A stretch of DNA of 64,000 nucleotides from Paragordius varius (GCA_964247055.1 OZ176050.1:6262001-6326000); one strand, 5' to 3'; counted from the first letter of the stretch, positions 23,483 through 38,809 are shown. Translations and numbers: made by a program. Notes: generated by a model from the sequence alone, not told the origin.

Positions 23483-26189
23483 AAAGATTTGAAAATTGAG
23501 GGTTCCGACAAATGTAATTATGAAAATAAGTATGATAACACTAAAATATAAAAAATATATTTTCCTAGAAGAATTGTTGGAAAAATGAAACAAATTTTAC
23601 AGATTGTGTACAATTAAAATTTAAATTTTTATATAAAATTTAATATGTTTACACTTTATTATTTTTTGTTTATTACAGGGGTTCACACACAGTGTCTGCA
23701 AAAATTAGCCTGATGAAATATAATTTTGATAGAAAAATATATTAAGATTATCTTGGTACTTTTGGCTTTGGCCGTTAAGGATATGACAAAGTTATGACAT
23801 TTTTTGACAAAGCATAATTTTTTTGTTTTTCTATAATACGCCAGTTATTTTAAAATAAACGCAAAAATGGCGAGATTGCGCGGGAAATATTTTAAATATA
23901 TGTTATATTTTGATATCAACTAAATTTATTTTTCTGCATACTTTTTTTATATATTTAATTTATAGCAAGATTTTGTGGAAGCGTACTTTACACTGTTTTA
24001 AAACATGGTACGGTATTGAAATGCTTTAAGTTATAATTATCTTAGACTATATGATTCATGCTGTATTTCAATCGCATCATTTTATTGATTAGATTATTCA
24101 TTTGTCTTCACATTTATTAAATATCAATTCTGATTTTTAAACAACTTTACTGAAATTCACAAGCATAAAACCTTTACATTATTAAGGAGGATTAAATTTT
24201 TCAACATCATCTTTGGTAGAAATGGTGTTTTTTAAAGTTTTTTTATATCGTTATCATCATGCAGCAAAATTTTAAAAGCTTTAACTAAATTTTTGTCTAA
24301 ATTAAATTTTTGAAAAAATAGCCTTTTTAATTTTTTTCAAATAGTTTATATTTAAAATTTTTATAGCGCATCGACATTTTTGCATTTACTTAATTAAACT
24401 ATATAGAAACGCGAAAAAATTTTGGATTTCAGATATCTTATCATAAAAATTAATAAAAATATTCTTTTGCTTTTCATATATAGTTTATGATATATTTTCA
24501 TAATTCTTTGGAATCAAGCCTCTAGATTTCAGTAAAAAAAAATTTTTTGATAAAATGTGCCCAAATTTTCCCGTTTCCTGATATGGATTTACCACAAAAG
24601 TCTAATTAACTTTTTAATATCACTCATAAGGGCTTAAATTAAAATCATGATAATTCTGATCTTCCCTATCAAATATATGATCTGGATTTTTTGTGGACAC
24701 TATGTTATTGGCCAATGATATCAATTGTAAAATCTTAATAATACTGATGGCAAATATTTTTTATATTTAATTATAATAAAATCGTGATTTTTTGTTTAAA
24801 ACTAAAAAAATTATCATTTTTAGATTGATTACTAATTTTCAAAAAATAACAAAAAACGGTTAAAATTTGCTGATGCGATATAAAAAATTTAATCACGAAA
24901 TGATCCAAATAACTAAATTATTAGACCAAAATTTTTTATGGATAGAAAATATTTAACAAAGGTTAAATTTTCCATTATAAAGGCTTTTTAAAACACTTAA
25001 TTCTTATACTGAGAGTGTTTAATATATTTTTCGTCTAATAAATGGGCGGTTAAATTTCGTAGCGATGGACTATCGTCTGTATTTCTTGTGCAAAAAAGTA
25101 AGTTTTTTTATTATTTTATAACTTAATATTATGGCAAATTTGCTAACAGAAAAATGTGTATTTTTTTAAAAATATATTCTCATTTCAGCTCTTTTCATAC
25201 GACTAATAATCATGTGGAACCACGGACTCGTTCGCGATGAAATATAATTATGGGAAAAATTATTTACAATAATAGGCAATATTATTTAGCAAGCTCTTTA
25301 GCACATAAAAAATTTAAATTTAGTTTTTAATACAAAAGCATATTTCAATCAGGCCTCATATCAAAACCCAAATAGGTCATTTGTAGAAAATTTTAAATCT
25401 TTACCGTTCAATTGAAATCGAATAATCCTCAAAAACAAACATTTTTTTCTTTTAAGGCACGATATTTGGCATTTCAAAAGTCGAAACAAGAGTCTTGTAT
25501 TTAACACACTGATTTCGTTATAAAATTTTTATGCATTACTTTTGGCTATCCAGCGATATTTTGATTAAGGTTGAATAAAATAAACCTATGTTAATAGAAA
25601 ATAGTAAATAAAATTACTAATTTGATATGATATTATAATTAAAACAATCGCAATAATATATTAATGTAGCGTAAAAAAAATTATGCGGATTTAGGCCATT
25701 TAATTAATGGTAAATGTAAACGTACAATTAAAACCAGAAATAAATTAAAAAATATAAAAGTAACCAAAATTTTGAAATCCAATGTTAAAAAAGTATATTA
25801 GTTTGAAAAATACAAAGTTTAAATAAATAAATAAATTTTTTACCATTTTTCAGTCAAAAGCAACATTTTTTTAACTCAACGCAGTTGAAGACAAACGATG
25901 GTACCGATTAGGATCACATTTTTAAAACAAACATTTATTTATTTTTAATCGAAAGTATAAAAGTGAATGCCTAAAAAATTGGCTTATCCCTAAATTTTAA
26001 CTTTTTCAAGCCTAGTTGTGACTGAAATTATATTATTTAGGATTATATGCGTATTTTTGAAGTCAAAAAACAACTTAAAAAATAGATTAATGGTAAATAA
26101 GACTGGAAAAATAAATAAATGTAATTATTTGACTACAAGCTTGAAACAATTAAAATATATTGGACAATTTAGTAAGATCCATATTCATT

Positions 26190-26430
26190 GAGCCCCAAAT
26201 TATCCCACGTGAATAAGGCGTGCCACAAAAGGCTATATAAAACCCATATTATCCTCCTAATTAATGAGTTAGGGTCTAGAAATTTTATTCAGATACAAAA
26301 TTGGTGGCTTAAAATTTTCCCAATCTAACATTGGAGCCATAAGAATTTAACCCACTTGAGCTGGTTGATTCATCTAAAGGCCTGGATCATGGCTTCTTCC
26401 TTAATTAATTATTTTTTATTTAAGGTTAGA
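26190..26430 (+). pseudogene. Highly decayed LINE RT remnant (CR1/Jockey-like, approximate bounds)
   Basis: NKACHKRLYK resembles the DKVPHKRLLYK motif and is followed by a WL..R-like and a QGS..GP-like remnant. Heavily degraded. Confidence 0.3.
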
Positions 26431-27039
26431 TCTGGCTGGTGGGGAATAGAAAAGTTTCATGGTGTTTCAAAATTTGTGAAAAAGCATTTAAATCATTTAG
26501 TATAATTTTCAACGCGTACTGTTTTGCAGAAAGTCACAAACATTTTTAGGCAGACACCTAGTTTATTTCACAATACACCTCGTAGATTTATATTTTTAAA
26601 ACACACAGTGTTAATGCTTCCATTAATTAGGAATGGATAATGACGGATATATGTATTCTCACACCAGGTAAAATATTAAAGGACCCTTCTTAATGTGTTT
26701 CATTGCAAAACAGAGTTAAGGGGAATCCGTAAAAATAATCAATATAATTGGCATATACGGAATGATTTTTTTGAAAAAGGACAACTTGTCTACCTTCAAA
26801 AAATACATTTGTATAAATAAATGCACAATTTCTGTAATACCTTATAATATAAATAGTATAATAATGACATTGTTTGTATACAATTACATAATAGTAAAAC
26901 AAATTGACATGATGTCTAGTTATATATATGTAGATTTTGGTTTTCGTAACTTTGATTTAATCATATGATTCTCCAGTTATTGGGTTATACATACCTAGAA
27001 AATAGGAATAGAGCAAAATAATATACAAATATTAAAACA

Positions 27040-29030
27040 TCATATTTTATCGACAAGAGAGAATCCCAAGTCAAAAAGCTGTGTCGGACTGCGTGATAAA
27101 AAAAACTTTTCTTATTTAGTTTAGAATTAATAGAAGTTCACTGAATTTATAATGAATATAAACAAAATTATCAAAAACCAATTTATATTAATTTTAATTT
27201 GTCCATCTTTAAAAAGTATAAAAAATAAAATGATATAAATTGAATTGATTTTGATATTAATTTACCTCTTTGATTCTTTTTATAATTTTGTTCGCTGTCC
27301 ACATTACCCCGATTAACAAATCGATTTGCGGCAGAATTCATAGATGATTGATTTTCACCTCCGGCCAGAAAATCGTATGTTGCAAGATTTTTACCAGTGG
27401 CAAAGACTTTTATGGTTGAATGGAGTTTATCTTCAGTACTTTCGGCATTTGCATGATTGTTATATCCATTATTTTGGGCGAAGGGCTCTTTTAACAAAGA
27501 CTTTTCATTCATTTGTATCTTTGTAGGCATAAGCATGTCAGACTTATCAAATGTATTAAGGTGTTGTTCGTCATCTGCATGATGAGACATACTATTACCA
27601 CTGTCCAAACTATCTATCGAGATATCATGAGACGAAGATGACACATTGTCAGGCTTTTGATTTTCTTTGTCTTGAAAAGATTCTTCTTCCCCAAAATCTT
27701 CGCCTAGCACAGAATGTTCATTCAGCATTGCCTTAGAATAGTTGGCCATATCGATGTTAAAGCTTGCATTGTTTCGGTTGTGTAGGTCCTCTGAAGGAAG
27801 AGAAATATTATGCGGCTTCATAGATTGTGGGTGTACAAAAGATTTGGACAAAACGTCAGTGGTATTATGGCATACTTCTGATTTCTAATAGCACAAAATA
27901 TATATGCGGGAGTTTAATTTTGGTTTAAATAGTTTCGCTATATTTGAAACAAATTGGATAACTTCCCCATAAAAAATTTGAGTTCCAAACATAGATGTGT
28001 CTAAAAATTCAAAATCAAAAAATGATTGATAATTTCTCATATACATTTTATTCTAATATATTGTATTGGGATATATATATTTTAAATATTAAGCAACTAT
28101 AAATTGGGATAGCTTAGCAAGACTGTCATATTTTAAAATAATAGAATTATTAAAGATGTAATTCAATTTAACGATGCATTATCAGAGTTTCGAACAGGAA
28201 CCATTATTAGTGCTAAGTCAATGTATTTAATATTTAAAAACGGCTTTTAACCGCAAGGTTTCGTTCTAGATGAAATAATATTAAAAAAATTTTTGATCAA
28301 AAATTTGATTTCGGTTCCATTTTTTTATTTAAAGCTATATTTGAATTTGCTGCCAAACATGACGCCATTGGGCATGTATGTAATCTAATGAAATTTCAAT
28401 AAAAAAAATTTAACCAAAAAAAAACAACCCACGGCTGAAAATAAATTTTTGTATAGTTTGGGTTAATCGTTTTATTGAAAATATATTAATAGGAAATGGC
28501 AAAATGAAAGAGAGCGGCAAGTTTGAGATAAAAACAATTTTACTAAATTATACACTTAAAAAGCCATCGAATGCATAGTTAAAGCCTATTATTAGGTAAA
28601 TCTGAGGTAGTTATAACCCTAAAAATTGAGAATCATACACAATTAATTTATATTTCTGTATAACTACTGTTTATTGCTACTTAATTTTTGCTATTTCTTA
28701 AATATCTAGGATCGTGTACATTAAATAAATTTATAATACCAAAACAACAATTTAAAAACGATTCGTAAGCCCAATGAAAATGTCAGTTATATCGTAAAAT
28801 TTTTAAATGAACCAAATAAAACATAAATTTTTATTCGATACCTTTTCTTTGTTGAGATGACTTAGGTTAGTTCCAAATAAATTTAAGCCAGAATTATCTA
28901 TCTTTTTGGTTTGTCGCGTGTAACAGTTTTGATAAGGCATCGTTTGATTTGGAGAATCATCCATTCCATTAAAAATCTAGAAACACAATATATTTAATAA
29001 TTATACCTTTGAAATTGGCTTTGAAGACAT
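27040..29030 (-). CDS. Putative unassigned low-complexity protein (S/N/D/E-rich), about 282 aa
   Basis: Exons 29007-29030, 28842-28976, 27266-27884 and 27040-27110 join in phase (849 nt). This incorporates the 222-codon ORF from the track. The first intron is 30 nt. No family recognised. Confidence 0.6.
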
Positions 29031-31689
29031 CAAATTGATATTCAGAAATTAGTAGAATTAGATGATATAGGGGAATATTTGGTTTGAAAGCAATGATTTT
29101 AGCAGGTCGTAAATTGTTGATAATGCTTAATGATGCAAACAATTAACAATTTTGATACAAAACGATAATATAATGTTATAATGTATAAAATGGTGAAAAA
29201 TGACAATATTGCACACTTATATTTTTAAAAATATGTAGATTAAAATTTAGATCATAAATAAATATGCTTTTTCGCATACTTTTTCCAAGCCAATAATGTA
29301 AGTAAAAGGAAAAAGAGTGGGGGAAAAGGGTGTTATGAAAATGTTTAATTTTAAAAAATATATATACTAAATAAAAGAGAATGGAATACTTTTATGTGGG
29401 TAAATCATTTTTTATATTTTAATATTTTAAGCATAAAAATAAATTTTTTAATAAACGTGTAAACATAAAAAATGTGTTAACTATAAAAAAAAGATTTTAA
29501 ATATTAAATTGATGACACAAATTGTCCAACATTGAGTGACAAATTGTTTTTATTGAATAAAATATAGGTGTAGTTGAAAAGTTAGTTTTAAAAAGTTTTT
29601 ATCATATCTACCGAAAAAATTTAGGCCAAGGAAGGAATTAAAATTTATATTCATATCTTTTTATCGAAATAAAAATGTATAAATATGTATATAGTACAAA
29701 AAGTACAAATTGTTTGACTTAATTTTGCATAAAATTAATAGTTTGTATGACACATTGAACTATAAAATTATATATACACATACCTGTTTGAAATATTTTT
29801 GGTATGGACGAATGATCAAAAAGAAATTTTAGAGGAATTATAAAGAAACCAAATTATTTAATTTGAATAATACATATAACTCTCTAAGATGTAAAAAAAA
29901 TGTATATGATATTTTCCGGCTTTTAATCAAATAAGATAGTAAATTTAAATATATGTTTGCGCGCAAATTAATAACGTTTTTTTGCTATATTATTGTTATA
30001 ATGTTATTTTATTAGTGTTTGGTATCTATCTTTATTGTTTATACTTTTTTTTAATACATAATACAGGTGAGTTAAAAATTCTTGAAATAAATTACATAAT
30101 ATATATCCTTTATCTTTCATCCCAAATATATATAATAAACTAAATTAATTAATTATATTTTTTAATATAAATTGATTTAAAAACTCCATGTTCCAAATTT
30201 ATAGTAATTGTATATTTTTGAAAAAACTCTATATTTATTTTATCTATTTAGGAAATTTAAGCATATAAGGAATGTTGTATTGTTTATAGCTATCAGCATT
30301 TAATTAAAGATAAATATATATACCTGTTATAATAAAAAATTTAGATGTACTTTGTACTGAAATATCTGCTAATAATTTGATTTATGCCATATTTTTAAAT
30401 ATAACACCTCATCAAAAAAATATTATATGCATGTGTAAAATCTTTAATTAAGATTATGCGTCCTTCCTTCTATTAAAACCAAATGTTACAGTTTTTTCTT
30501 AAAAATTAATTACGTGAATGTCACACACTTTCAAGGTAAATTAATTTTTTTACGTTAAAATTTTTATGCAATGAAAAAATAATTATTGTTAATGTGTTTA
30601 TTTAACACAGACTGTCTTTTATCAAACTTCGGCAGTTTCGCCATTATAATACCAATATTCAATACGGAAGACGGAAGAAAAAAGATTTTGTAAAATAATA
30701 TAAATAATGTCAGCCAACCACATTAATTTATTAAAAATTGATAGATTTAAAAAGTTTAGGTACAGTTATATAATTTTTTAATGCACGTTTATTAGTGAAA
30801 ACTACAATGATATATGTATGTTAAGTCAAGAAAACGTAAGAACACAATTATTTTACAAATCAATAAAAATTGCTATGGCAGGCAGGCAGGAAGATTAATC
30901 TTTAAGAAAATGATTAAACGAGGTCAATTGTCTTGAAGAGTGACGCGCGGAATGTAAGAAACATAGTAGCACAAATCACAAAAAACGAGCAATCAAAATT
31001 CATTTTTTTTCATATTGTTATTACTGATTATATTTTATTGAATAAAATAAAATAATAACCTCACAGGCATATAACAAAATCCCATCATTATTTTGTCAAT
31101 AAATTTCTTTTATATATATTATAAGTAAAAATCAATTATATAATATGTGTATAATGTGAATTTCTTGATAAAATTAATTACAAAAGCGCTTACTTAATGA
31201 TATACATACAATAGAGTGTATTTATATTTATATCTAACTAATGGCATTTCTTTGAAAAAATCACATTAAAAAATATATGTTTCTCAAATATAGGCAAAAT
31301 ATATAAAATCATCCATTTTATCCCGCAATCTTAAATATGTCTAGCAAAATGAAACTGCCTAGCTTAGATTAAGTTATTTTAACGAATTTTTTATGATTTT
31401 CCTTTTAAGGTTGGTGGCTACCAAAAGACTATCTCTCAAAAAACATACAAAAACTAAAATATATATATAGATGTATGTATCGAACCATCGTAAATTTATT
31501 AAAATAAAATTTTTACAGACATTTCGATTTTACACTCTTTTTTCGATTCGGCTTTTCACCATTGACTAAACTATAAAAAATGATGTTAATATTTCGTATC
31601 AAATATAAATGTTGGTTGGTTATTCCTAAGTCGCAAACGACTTTTTGGATATTGTTTGCACTATTGATTTACACTTTATTTTATTTTTT

Positions 31690-31990
31690 ACCACTACATT
31701 CAAATTGTTCAATGCCATCTTAGTCTCCTATTTTATCATTCTAATCACCTCAACGGTGGTCGGCCTCTTTCCTTTGTCCTTCTACTTACCCAAGCAGTGT
31801 GTCTTTCTCTAGAGAATTTGGTCGCACGACATGACCAAAATATGTCAACGTTCTTTTTAGAATTATCTCTAAGATGCTAGTTTTAGTTTAGGATTTATTT
31901 ATATAGTTGGCTTTCCATTCTTAATTTTATGTATCCTAACATCCTACGCCAGCAGCTCCTTTCAAAATGTATTTCATTTATTTCATAACA
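31690..31990 (-). pseudogene. RTE-clade LINE, 3' ORF remnant (approximate bounds)
   Basis: The minus strand gives FERSCWRRMLG, YFGHVVRPNSLEK and VEGQRKRGRPPLR-like text, typical of the RTE ORF C-terminus. Confidence 0.65.
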
Positions 31991-34314
31991 CATCTTAAAT
32001 AATAACGTTTTTAAATGGTCAATTATTTTCCAGATAACAAATCTGCAAAATCCCCAAAAAATTTTTTAAAACATAGTTAGTTATGAAATTGTCCATACTT
32101 TACTCAAACCTAAATTTAAATTATAAAACTCATCCATATCGCACGCATTAATATATGTTAATATATGAGCATAATTGATTCTCTCAATCTAAATGGGCCA
32201 TTGAATCACACAAGGAAACTATTGAGAGTTTTAGTTTTTTTACTTAAAATAATCCATATAATCTTTATCTTGCATTAACCTATATACTCCAATCTTCCGA
32301 TTTAATATATAACCCATAGGCATAAAACACGGTTATTTTAAAGTAATGATATATGGTAGTTAAATCTATCTATAAATATATATTATTGCGGATAGCCTAT
32401 AAATTCAATTAATCCATTTATAAATAGGGAGAGGCATAACTTTTATAATTCAAAACATGTTACAATTAATCCGAGTGTTTTTGAATTAATGAAAATTTCT
32501 AATAAGACACGGATTGGATTGGAGTAGTTGACTCACCGGAACAACTTTGAATAAGGTGTCGAATAGAAACCAATATTATATAATTAATTTAAAAAACACT
32601 ATATTTTTTTAAATATTGTAGCCTTCTGAATAAACTAAGTCACTCTACCCCTAGGTTTTTGATTATTGTGTTCCTTTTGGGTAATTTCATAGCGAGATTT
32701 GAAATTCGAATATCTTAAAAATTTAAGGTATTGATCCGAATTTAAAAATATTGATTTTTAGCCTTTTAAGCGCTGTATACAAGAACTTTTTTACTTTTTC
32801 GCCGGTACTCTTTATCTTTAAATTTATTAATTCGCTAACTTAACAGTCAATAAATGTATATTATGGTTAGAAAATGTAAATATATTTAAAAAACTTTCAG
32901 ACTACATTTACCAATAAACTTGATATTATATTAATTTTAATATCAGCTTCTCGTTTCGGTCGTTTTTTGAAGTACTTTTAGGTTCTAGAACTCAAAACAC
33001 CGAAAAACAATGGGTTTTTTTATAAATCATCAGAAAAATGTTCAAAAATTAAATTTTAACATAAAATATCTTGGAACAGTGGTTTGTACCCCAATATGTA
33101 ATCGCGTAAAAAAAGTGTGATTATGAAATGGTAACAGAATAATATTTTCAATTTGAAGTCCAACACATTTTTTATAACAAAAATTTGGTGTAATAAAAAT
33201 AATCAAATCATCGAATAAAAAGAGTTTTTATATTTAATTTCAAGCTTTTTATTCCGTTTTCTTAATACAAAAATATATTTTTCACTTCATAAAAATATTA
33301 TTAATTTAATTTTTATGGAAAATAAGTTTTCGAAAAAAAACACTCTTGATGTCATAATCTACCATATATTAATTTTTTTATTGGGTAAAACCAGCATTTT
33401 TGCGTTTGTGATAAAAAAACTAGCTCATTTTGGAGCGGGCGAAAATTTAAAGCCCACATCTAAAATAAAAAATTTTATAAAAAATATTAATTTGCTTTTT
33501 AAATATGTCCTATAATTTATATTGATTGTTTATTTTTAAATAAAGCATTTTTTTTCACCATAGCCTAATGAGCGCAAATTTTGCCATTTTTTGATATGGA
33601 CCAATTACCACAAATGGTAATTTTTATATTAACCGTAAGGTCGAACACCAAAAGGACCAGGCTTATTATATTTATTTATCATAATATAATTAATTCATCA
33701 AGATATTTTTTGTATCGTCTCCCTGTACAGTGTAATCTAGCAATTGTTAATTCTTAGAGAACAAAAAGATGATGATAAAACCTTATCAATGACTCGTAAG
33801 CCCCAAATCCAAAAGCACATGAGACGTACGATTTCTTAATCCCAGATTTAGGCACTGTGGCGGTATTCCATGATAGAGTTTAAAAGTAAAAATTCGGTTT
33901 GTATTAAAATTTAATGAAACCCTTCTGACAATCTATTATCTTTTGTGATAGTTTTCAACTCGTCAATGTTTTTTATAACTCGAAAGGTATCGGTCAGATT
34001 GAGCCAAATTTAAAAATATGTATATAAATTTTAGGCGCATTATGCCAAAAATATTCTATAAAATGTAAAGTTACAATAAAATTTCATTTCAAACTTTTTT
34101 CCTTAATATTTTTTATAGCTAAAAAAGTTTGAAAATATAATATTAACAGTATAAAAATCAAAATTTTGCTAAGATTCAAAAATCTTTCTAATATCAGTTA
34201 AGTTTTCCCCTAGAAAGAAAAAAATAATGCTAAAATATATTTATCGGTGATTTTTCCATTACATTTGATAAGTGTTGTTAGCTAAAAACATCTGAATAAC
34301 GTGTACTCGGGAGC

Positions 34315-37300
34315 ATGATATTTTTGATATTTGTTTTTTGTGTATTTTTGGTAAAATTTTATTTTATTAGATTCTCGGTTATTTTTATATCACTAATCAT
34401 AAACCAAATTTAAAGTTCTATGTCGGTGAAAATTTTTATAAGGCGGAAGACAGCACAGAAAAAGAGTTTCCAAGTTTGTTTGATACGCCTTCAAAATACT
34501 TATCAGTTATAGTTCCTGCATATAACGAAGAAGATCGAAGTTTATTTAATATTTATCATAGTATCTATAATGTTAAATGAGTGTATTGATTATTTGGAGA
34601 ACCGCAAAGTTAACAAATGTTATAGATTTAGATACAGGACAATAATTTTACATATGAAGTGATTATTGTAGATGATGGAAGTAGAGATAAAACTACACAG
34701 GTAAACCTCAAAGTTTATTTAGATCGGTCTTGAATATACTAATAAGAAAGGAAGCGATAAGGTAAGAGTTGTAACATTATTGCGTAACCGAGGCAAAGGT
34801 CAAGCTATTAAATTGGTAATAAATATATTCAATATATATTATCTGAATTCATGTTTATAAAATTAAAACTTTTATATATGTGTTTAAATAATGGCTTGTT
34901 ATCACTTTTGATTGAATTCATGTTATAACATAGTATAATTACCCTTTCGTTATAATATTTAAATTACATATTATTTTTTGAGAATTTCGGACTTCTAAAT
35001 AAATAATTATATTGAATCATTGAAAATCAAAATGACCGCCTTATTTTTAGCCAGATTTCTATTAAAAATGTCAATAAAATTATGATCATATAATTTGCTT
35101 TTAAAAATTGATTAATAATAATATATTAATGATAGAATGCGCAAATTATTAAGCAAATTAAATTTACTGATAAAATGGAGCGTTAGGAAGATGCTGAAGT
35201 CAAAGAATAGATAATATTTTTAAGTTAAATTTATAGTCTAATTATGTCCAAACCAGTCATCGATTTTGCATATATCTTCAAATAAAACATTTTAAATTAA
35301 CCATGACATGGATATACATAATATTGTATACTTTTAAATTTTTTTAATATTAAATGACTATTTAATTCATTTATATTGAAGGGTACATTGTGTTCACGTG
35401 GAAACCTAATTTTGTTTGCAGATGCCGATGGTGCAACAAAATTTAGCGATTTCACCAAACTTGAATCTACGTTAATTAATGCGCTTGACCCCAACAATGC
35501 TCATTTAACAAATCCTAACTTATCATCACATTTACAATCTAAACCAATATTAATTTGTGGTTCACGGGCTCATTTAGAAAGTGAAGTTTTGGTCAAAGTA
35601 TATAAATATATATATAATATTTTTTAAAATAATAAGGTATTGAGGTAATGTGACCAGATATTTTAGACTTTTACAAAATTAAAACATACTTTGCCTGTTT
35701 TTACACCATCGGTCTGGTAATCACACAGTTAAAAAAATATCCTGATGAAATATATATATATTCTGATAGGAAAATATCCGGATTATAATGGTGCTTTTGG
35801 TTTTAACCTTTACGAGTTATTAAAGAAAGTTATATATACTTTTGCGGTAAGGTGGGCAATTTTTCAAATATATTTTTTGGTGAGAGCTAAATATTCTTTA
35901 TAAAAAGGATATCACTAAAATATAACATAAATTACATATAAAAGTCAAAACAATATTTTTAAAATTTTAAATTTTTAGATGGGTTGAAAATCCCGAATTT
36001 TTTAAATTGTGCAATAATTTTAAATATATGCTTAGTTTTGATATTGAATAAAAAAATGCATACTTTTAAAATTTAATTTTTAGCAAAATTTTTTTGAAGC
36101 GTATTACTATTTTTAGCTTGATGGAAACGATATAAACGGTTGAGATGTTATACAATTTATATATTATAATTCGATAATACTTAACATTTTTTGACTTGTT
36201 TAAAATATTTGTTCGTTTTCAAATTTATGTTAAATAAAAATTGTGTTTTTTTTTACAAAAATTAACCAAAACTTGCAAGCGTACAAATCTTTAGTTAAAA
36301 TTTTCAACCTATAGTAATTTTTAACATCATCGAATCATTTAGAAAAAGGGTTTTATTATATCTTAAAGCACCGTCTTCATCATGCTAAATAGTGAAATAC
36401 GCTCCATTTAAATATCTCAAATTTGTTTATGGAGATTAAAGTTTAGGAAAAAAATTAAGAAATATCATATCTCCCACCTAATAAGTGTGTGTGTGTATTG
36501 CTATAGTCGAGGTCGATTTTTTGCAATATTGTAAATAAAACCTCCCCATAAATTGCGGTTTTTAGTTTTAATGTTAAGTTTTACCAAGGTTGCGTCGGTT
36601 TCTTGTTGAATATATTCCATCCGCCTTTTCCCTCTTCGGCCCCTTTTACGTGCACTAACTTTACACAACATCAGGGATTTTCCAGTGAATTAAATCTCAT
36701 AATGTGTTTGGTGCGGATGGACATTCCAAGCAATGACATGTCGGGATTGAAATTCAAAATTGCTAGATAACTATTTCGAAATCATATGCCATATATAATA
36801 AATATTATATAATATAGGGGAATACAATTTGCAATATAATATTCCGTTTGATAATTTAACAAAAAATGAACTTTCTAAACTTTATCAAACATTTATAAGG
36901 ATATCATAAATTATTTTGTTAATTTTAAATTTTGTGGCACTTTTTTTGCGGAACCCTGAGTGAAAGAGCCATTAGCCTAAATCTTACGGTGGGAAGTCCG
37001 AGATTTATTGTTTCGCCACTGTGCGAAAGGCTGCAATTCTAAGTTTTGCATAATTCGAGCAGAAAATAAATTATTAACCAATTAAAATAGGCCAATTTTG
37101 GTTTTTTATCCCAAAATGAACCATTTCTTTACAAATTATGGGGTTATTTTAACAGAGGGTACTATATTAAATTCCAAAATAACTTTTTTGAATAAATAAA
37201 CGGTAATTAATATAAAAAAATTTTTTTAATTTTGAAAAGCAGTACAAAAGTGGGCGCACAGTACAGGCGCAGTTTTTTTCTGAAAAATCAGTGCGAAAAA

Positions 37301-38809
37301 CAGCCTATCTGGTCTTATTATATTGAGGAAAATTATTACAGGAAAAACTAAACTGTAATTTTTTAAAAGACAACCACATTTATTCAAACATTAATTTATC
37401 CTACCTAAACTATATAAATATTATTTTAAATTATATGATAGAGTTTTTTACCAATTTACATCTCTAATCCACGTTTCGCGAAACAATGATTTCTATTTAA
37501 ATAAATCAAAATTTAAAAATTATAGTTGTCTTTTTGAAAAATTGTTTTTGTCTGTACAATTACAATATTTACTTAAATATTGTCTTAAAATCAAGCTTTC
37601 TATTCTATAATCATCGTAAATGGCAAATTAATTAAAACTTTAAAAGTTTATACAAAAATAGTCACGATTAAGACATATAAATTTTTTTCTGTATATATAG
37701 CGTTCCTTTTTTCGAAATCTTTTAATGATCGGTTTCAAGCAATGGGTCTCATGGATAGGCGGAATTACCGGAATCAAAGATACACAATGTGGCTTTAAAT
37801 TAATGAATAGATGTTGTGCTCGTCTCGTTTTCCCTAATTTACACATTGAGAGATGGTAGTTTATACTCTGCTAATTAAAAAACTTGTTGATTTTATCTAG
37901 ATTAAATTGATTAACCCTTTATCTAATAATAATGGTTGTAATAAAATATATATTTTGTTTAATTTTTTGATAATATACAATGTGCAGGGCTTTTGACGTA
38001 GAATTACTATACATTGCGGCAGCACTTGGTTCAAAAATCTATGAAACACCCGTGAATTGGCATGAAATAGCAGGTTATTTTTCTCAAAATTGTTTTAATA
38101 TTGTTGCTTAACAGTCAATTTTAATGGTGCACCTTCGTAAACTATTCAGCTTTTTATGAAATAGTTCTTTATCAATACAATATTAAATTAAATATTTATG
38201 TAGTCATTGTAATTTTATTTGAGAAATATGTAAAAAGAATGTTACCAACTTTTTTGAACAAAATTTCAAGCGCATTAAAAAATTCTGAGTGGGTCCTACC
38301 ACTTTTTATTGACACTTTTTACATAGCGCTTAAACATTTATGGCATTATCTTGTAACTTAATAGCCTGTTTTATGAAGCTATATTATATCCAAAGGTATC
38401 TTGCTGTTTTTCATTAAATATTGCCAAATAGCCTGTAAATAGTAAGGATTAATATTTTTGGCTTAATTGGTGCATAGATTTTTATATTTTCAACTTTTCC
38501 ACTTTTTAACCAAAAATCTTTCGATTATCTCTAAATGCTATCCAATATTTTATAAAAAAACTAGCGAAATATTCGTATATTGCATCACTTATAAATATAA
38601 GAATATATTTTAAACAATATTATTCTGTCGTAATAGGATCGAAGATAGTGCCAATCTTTAGTTGGTTACAAATGGCTCGAGATATTTTGCTGATACGCTT
38701 GAGGTATATGTTTGGATTTTGGAGTCTCAATCCACAACCTGCCAAAGAAAACATTGAGTTTATTACACTTTTTGAGGCACCAACTTCCAAATTCACCAAG
38801 TCACATTAA
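34315..38809 (+). CDS. ALG5: Dolichyl-phosphate beta-glucosyltransferase, 9 exons
   Basis: Exons 34315-34350, 34371-34539, 34562-34608, 34632-34700, 34723-34815, 35382-35597, 37701-37855, 37988-38073 and 38637-38809. Motifs: [84 protein letters not shown]. Confidence 0.97.
36484..36720 (-). mobile_element. RTE-like LINE 3' fragment with a (CA)n tail, in an ALG5 intron (approximate bounds)
   Basis: The minus strand gives a HIMR..LE..G.RGR-like remnant ending gcaatacacacacac. Its tail is shared with 3605-3672. Confidence 0.5.

Noticed and set aside
29700-30480. Possible micro-intron-containing gene
   Set aside because: GT-AG candidates exist on both strands, but I could not build one consistent reading frame.
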